A stretch of 59,579 bases of DNA from an uncultured delta proteobacterium (GTDB lineage Bacteria > Desulfobacterota > RBG-13-43-22): assembly GCA_963802945.1 (NCBI GenBank), contig CAWDKY010000013.1:1-59579 (forward strand), written 5' to 3'. The position numbers and the translations under genes are program-made. The notes below the pieces were generated by a model that did not search any database, was not told the origin of the DNA, and saw nothing but the letters and a program-made list of their open reading frames with translations. Shown here piece after piece: positions 54,706 through 59,579 of this stretch; position 1 is the first letter of the stretch; each line of letters starts with the position of its first letter.

Positions 54706-55498
54706 ATGAAGACGTTGCGTCGCGGGTTTACGCTGGTCGAGGCGCTGGTGGTCGTGAGCGTCGTGCTGCTCCTGGCCGCGCTGATCGTGCCCGGCGCTGC
54801 GGCTGGCGAGCCGATGAGGAGCCAAGAGGCGTGCAACGAGCAACCTCGCCCAGATCGTCAAGGCGTGCATCACGTATCAGGAGCCGAACGGCGATTTCTT
54901 CCCGGCGCATTCGCAGTACTTCACTGGCACGACGGACGATTTCAAGCCGATGCCCTCGCTGGCGATCTTGTACCCGGCTTACGTTGACAACGCGAAGATC
55001 TTCGGCTGCCCGGCCACAAAAGACAAGCCGTTCATTTCGATCCGCTATCACCGGGGCGCCGGTGGGCCTGCTTCGGGACCGGACGTTCTCGGCCAGCCGG
55101 CCACGAACCCGGCCAGGTACAGCGGGTTCGAACTCAGCACGGAGCTGAAGTGCAGCTACTTCTACGACGAGCGCACGAACTTCCGCAATATCGGGCCCGG
55201 CCAGGCCATCGCCTGCGACGCCGACGGGCAAACGTGGATGACGGCCCGACGGCAGCAAGCCGCCTTATCCGGCCAACTGGACGCGCGCGCCGCGCGCGCC
55301 CAACCACGAGGGCGGCCAGAACGTGATGTACTTCGACGGCCACGTGAAGTGGATGGAGACGGTTTACGCCAGCCGCGACCCGAACGACAACATCTTCTGC
55401 CCGAACGGCGACCGCAGCCGGCCCGTGGAACCCGGACAACGACGCGCTATCTCTGGGACGGCGTGAACGCGAGGGCGATGGAGATCATCCGGCAATAG
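54706..55498 (+). CDS. Prepilin-type N-terminal cleavage/methylation protein with H-X9-DG motif (DUF1559-like); several frameshifts
   Basis: RRGFTLVEALVVVSVV; SNLAQIVKACITYQ; IFGCP; NHEGGQNVMYFDGHVKW; spread over different frames. Confidence 0.8.
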
Positions 55499-55594
55499 GC
55501 CAAGCAGCGAAAACCTTGCGAACGGGAGCGCTTGCGCGCCCCTTTCGGTGCAGCACGAACCTTCGCAAGGTGCTCCAACTGGGCGCCAGACCGG

Positions 55595-55685
55595 GAGATT
55601 GCCGCGTCGTCCGCCTTATGGCGGACTCCTCGCAATGACAAAGAGGCGGTCTTGCTTGTCATTGCGAGCGAAGCGAAGCAATCTC
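55595..55685. repeat. REP-like palindrome
   Basis: GAGATTGC...CTCGCAATGAC / GTCATTGCGAG...GCAATCTC. Confidence 0.65.
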
Positions 55686-55800
55686 GCCGTTCTGCCGCGA
55701 AAGCCGGGTTTGCTGCCCAACGGGGCGCGCCATGATGCGCTCCTGCACATCATGCAGCCGTACTTTCTTGGCATCTGTCAGGCCTTTTCTTCGAGAAGCT

Positions 55801-55832
55801 GTTCTCCGTGTCCTCTGTGCCTCCGTGGTGAA
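55801..55832 (-). repeat. Right copy of the 32-bp inverted repeat
   Basis: Reverse complement matches 54601-54632 at 30 of 32 positions. Confidence 0.75.
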
Positions 55833-55853
55833 TAATCCTTCCGATCGACGCCC

Positions 55854-55902
55854 TTGACATCTGTTGTCAAAAAGGCTACAATTGCAGCCGTTATGACTGC
55901 AA
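55854..55902 (+). promoter_or_regulatory. sigma70 promoter with overlapping palindromic operators
   Basis: TTGACA-17bp-TACAAT; inverted repeats TTGACA-N5-TGTCAA and TTGCAG-N9-CTGCAA. Confidence 0.7.
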
Positions 55903-56519
55903 CCGGCGGCAAGAACAGTCCCGCATACGTCTTGTTCGGCAAGACACGCCGATCGGTGCTGGGGCTCCTCTTCGGCCATCCGGACGATTCGTTCTACCTC
56001 CGGCAGGTCGCGCGGACCGTGGGCATCGCCTCGGGCACGGTTCAGCGGGACCTGCAGCCGCTGGTCCACGCGGGAATCATCATCCGCGTCCGGCAGGGGA
56101 ACCAGGTCTATTTCCAGGCGAACCGAGGCTGCCCGGTTTTCGTGGAACTGCGCGGGCTGGTGGTCAAGACGGTGACGGTCGGCGAGGTGTTCCGCGCGGC
56201 GCTGACGCCGCTGCGGCGGAAAATCCTACTGGCGTTCATCTACGGCTCGTTCGCCCGCGGGGCGCAGCAGCGGGGCAGCGACATGGACCTGCTGATTGTG
56301 GGCGACGTCCGGTTCGGGCGAGGCGGTGGCCGCGCTCGACCGCGCGCAGCGCAAACTCGGCCGCGAAGTGAACCCGACGGTCTACTCCGTCGCGAGTTCC
56401 GGACGAGACTGAGCGCCGGGCAGCAATTCCTGATGAGCGTGCTGAAGGGGCCGAAAATTTTCCTCATCGGAGGCGAGCGTGAGCTTGCAGGACTGGCTGC
56501 GCAACGGGTGGCTCGTTGA
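55893..56519 (+). CDS. wHTH plus minimal nucleotidyltransferase (MNT) antitoxin-like protein (compensating indels near 56318 and 56388)
   Basis: LFGKTRRSVL..FYLRQVAR HTH; YGSFARGAQQRGSDMDLLIVG (GS-X10-DXD); LGREVNPTVYS in a shifted frame. Confidence 0.85.
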   Translation: MTATGGKNSPAYVLFGKTRRSVLGLLFGHPDDSFYLRQVARTVGIASGTVQRDLQPLVHAGIIIRVRQGNQVYFQANRGCPVFVELRGLVVKTVTVGEVFRAALTPLRRKILLAFIYGSFARGAQQRGSDMDLLIVGDVRFGRGGGRARPRAAQTRPRSEPDGLLRREFRTRLSAGQQFLMSVLKGPKIFLIGGERELAGLAAQRVAR

Positions 56520-56926
56520 ACACGCGACGGGTCCGCAGGAGATCGCCGAAGTGCTGGCGGTCGTGGACCGCGACCTGAAGGACTGCAAGGCGCGCGGCCT
56601 GAGCGCGGACTGGCGGATGAGCATCGCCTACAACGCCGCGCTCCAGGCGGCGACGGCCGCGCTGGCCGCCGCGGGCTTCCGCCCTCGGCGCGCGAAGCCC
56701 ACCATTTCCGGACGATCCAGTCCCTGGCGCTTACGGTCGGCCTGGACCAGCAGGAAATCGCGCAGTTCGACCAGTTCCGCAAGAAGCGCAACCAGAGCGG
56801 CTATGAACGCGCCGGCGCGGTCTCCGACCAGGAAGCCGACGGAAATGGCGCAATTCGCGCGGAAACTGCGCGGCAAAGTCGCCGAGTGGTTGCGGGCCAA
56901 CCATCCCGAGACTGATGAAGCGGTGA
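56479..56926 (+). CDS. HEPN-like partner/toxin protein (frameshifted; end approximate)
   Basis: AYNAALQAATAALAAAGFRP, then HHFRTIQSL..FDQFRKKRNQSGYERAG in a shifted frame; overlaps the MNT gene. Confidence 0.7.
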
Positions 56927-57075
56927 CGCGCAGGACGACCGGCCCCTCGGCTTTCGCCCAACTCCATCGGCTCAAACCCGCTGCGAAAACGAAAGGAGAG
57001 AACAGACAACGTTCTGTCGCAGGGGTTCACAATAGGTCGTGTTTCCTCTGGTATCCTCTCCGGAATCCCAACAGA

Positions 57076-58232
57076 TCACTGCCCATGGCCCACGTGATTA
57101 TCAATCTCTTTCATTCCTTTTTTCCTTATCTTCAATGTCCCTCTTGGGATCATACCAGCCCATCCTGTGAAGTCACGAACGCCGCGCTCGTACGCAGCGA
57201 AGGCTTCCTTAGCACGATTCCATGAGGTTTCATCGCCTTTTTCACGCGCTTTTTGCAGCGACTGGAGCGCGAAGGCTTGCAAGTAGTCGATGTTGAGATT
57301 GGGCCGGCCCACGACCACGGCTGCATCCTGAAGCATCCTTTGGTCCAGCCTTTCCAAAACGTCGTTCGCGCATTCCTCGGAAAGATCATTCTGGCTGGTT
57401 GCGGCAAGATACTTGATTGGCAGTTCGTAACTGCCCTTCTCCAAAGCCTGACGAATGCTTTCACGAGAAATACCAAACGTTCTTTCCAGTAAGCATTAGC
57501 TTCTTCATCTATTGACTGGAGTAATTCCTTGGAAACGCCCTTTTGCAGTGCTTCCAAGACCAAGCCACGTAGTTTCGGGAAGCTCAACGTCATCCTTGAT
57601 CGGCTCTGCTATTGCATTAACGTCCTTTTGCGCCGCCTTCTCGCTTCCATTACTCCGCTTCACGCATTCTCGCATGCGCTCTTCCACAATGTCACTCTTT
57701 CTTTTGCACAGACGCGCTTTGAAGAGACACTGCATGGCCCTCTCGTAATCTCCGTCCTTCTCACGCTTCTCAGATTGAGCTAGATACTTATCCACTGCGG
57801 CGCACAAGTATTCCTCAGCGGATGACATCGCTCTCACACACTCACCTAAATCAAAGGCCCATGGCCTCCCAAGCTGCGTTGCGTAGTCGGAGCCCTTCTC
57901 CTTCTCAATGGCCTCCAACGCCATCAATGCCTTCTTATACGCAGCATCGTAGGAGGACGCGAGTCGTCCCACATCTCAACTTCCTTCACAACGTGAGTGC
58001 CCGGTTGCAGCGGGATGATTGTAACTTTCCCGACAATAAGCTCTGATAAGGCTCCAAGCAGTTCTTTCTTTATCTTGCTGTCGGGCAGTTGTTCAACCAG
58101 AATTCCGCGGCTAACCTTTGAGATCACGTCGTAATATGATCCCCATGGCGATGACCAACCTGGCGGTGCCGATGAAGCAGCGATAGCCGCAAAAGAAGCC
58201 GCCGCTATCCAACAAACCACGATATGCTTCAT
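57076..58232 (-). CDS. Hypothetical secreted helical protein, probably one gene broken by ~3 frameshifts
   Basis: Signal-peptide-like MKHIVVCWIAAASFAAIAA with RBS GGAGGG; four overlapping minus-strand ORFs tile the interval. Confidence 0.5.
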
Positions 58233-58282
58233 TTCTTGCCCTCCGAAATGCTTACCAGCCGGGCGGATTCCGGGGACGCACG

Positions 58283-59579
58283 CAATGTCGTTCGGCCCTC
58301 CATTTGCTCAGCAGAGAATAGCGACTGTCGGCGGCGGGAGCAAGGCCCATGAGCGGTTGGAGATTGCTGACTCGGGGCGATGGCGAGACGGCTGCAGGAT
58401 TTGCGAGGGTAGATTCCCCCTTTCGGCGCGGGGGGCGCAGAGGCGCCGGGCGGCCGATTCAGGCTTTTTCGGAAGCGGCTTGTTTTTGCAGGCTCGACAA
58501 TCTCGCGGATGAATTCCGCGTCGCTGACCCAGCCTTGAAGATACAGGGTGACCAACTCGTACGTCCGCCGCCGCGCGGGAAGCCCGGTGTATTCGGCCAG
58601 CAACAGCACGGCGATGAGGGCGGCATACACCTGGATGCTCACCCCCTCGATGGAATCGCTCAACAGATGCCGGCAGCCCAGGACGCTCTTGAGCAGCCGG
58701 AAGAACAACTCGATTTTCCAGCGGTGCAGATAGATCAAGGCGATGACGTCGGCGGGCAGGTCGAGCCGGTCCGTGGCGATGAGCATGTCATAGGGCTTGG
58801 CCCACCGGCTCGCGGAAGGTCTTCTTCGAGGAGACCTTCATCACCGGATACCCTAATCCGCGCGGAGGACTCGCCGAGACGTGGACGACGATCAGGCGAA
58901 CGGGGCGGTCGAACTTCTCGCGGACCTGCCTCCACGCCCAGGCGCACGATCCGGTCGGAAGTGACTGCCGGCGCCGGCCGCCTCCGCCGTCAGAGGTTTC
59001 TCTTCGAGCGTCTCATAGACTGCGTTGGCGCCCAGCCTCACCACGAAGGAGGAATCGGCCTGCACGATCTTCTGGAACAGGTCGAAATCCCGGAACCCCC
59101 GGTCGAGCACGTACAACCGGCCGGCCTTCAGACGCCCCTTCAGGCGCTCATTCTCGGCCGCCGCGCCGGCGGTGATCTCCACTGCCGACGGCACGCCCTT
59201 GATCACCTCGAAGTCCACGTGCGCCTTCGCCCCGCGCTCCCGGTCTCCGAGCCACACCGCCCAGGTCATCCGCGGCAAGGCCGGAAGGATCGTGCCGTCC
59301 GCCACCGTCAGGATCTGCCCCAAATCCTTCAACCTCGGATCGCAGGAGCGCTCCGGCGCACGCTCTGCCAGGCCCTCGAACACCTCCGCGAGCAACTGAG
59401 GATCGAACACCCGCACCGATTCGGACATCGATCCGAGGCTCATGCGTCGAATGCCCAGCGCCTTCTGCACCTTCTCAAACCCGCTGGCCTTCTGCAGCCC
59501 CCGCAACGAACCGATCGCCGGATTGAAAAAGTAGAACAGGACCGCCATCGCATACTCGTCATAGTGAAGTTGCCGATTC
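58283..59579 (-). mobile_element. IS4-family insertion sequence (partial; runs off the window end)
   Basis: DDE transposase gene plus candidate terminal inverted repeat CAATGTCGTTCGGC at 58283-58296. Confidence 0.75.
58459..59579 (-). CDS. IS4-family DDE transposase (5' end outside the window, frameshifted)
   Basis: TVADGT (D1), YVLDRGF (D2), IYLHRWKIELFFRLLK (Y-x2-R-x3-E-x6-K signature). Confidence 0.88.

Overview
About 1-54,250 looks like the replication-origin neighbourhood of an anaerobic deltaproteobacterium (Desulfobacterota-like). It holds tRNA-Leu-tig-clpP-clpX-lon, rsmG-mnmE-jag-yidC-yidD-rnpA-rpmH, parAB with a perfect parS, holB and dnaN-gyrB-gyrA; dnaA, recF and mnmG are not in the window. 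An ~18.3 kb catabolic block (VOC protein, three SDRs, haloalkane dehalogenase, amidohydrolase, amidase, PAS-LuxR regulator, Liv-type ABC transporter, two family III CoA-transferases) is bracketed by a 39-bp direct repeat that carries a sigma70-like promoter. The best finding lies in this block: a MerB (organomercurial lyase)-like gene at 25804-26511 that the ORF track splits. It has two in-frame TGA codons at the positions of both MerB catalytic cysteines, each followed by a SECIS-like GGUC-loop hairpin, so it is a probable double-selenocysteine lyase with no mer genes nearby. At ~54,253 two 5'-truncated genes abut and the sequence turns GC-rich and Planctomycete-like (prepilin/H-X9-DG gene, MNT-HEPN pair, IS4 transposase), most likely an assembly chimera. 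Scattered single-base frameshifts, many in homopolymers, suggest long-read errors. All calls come from motif recognition by eye; no searches were run.
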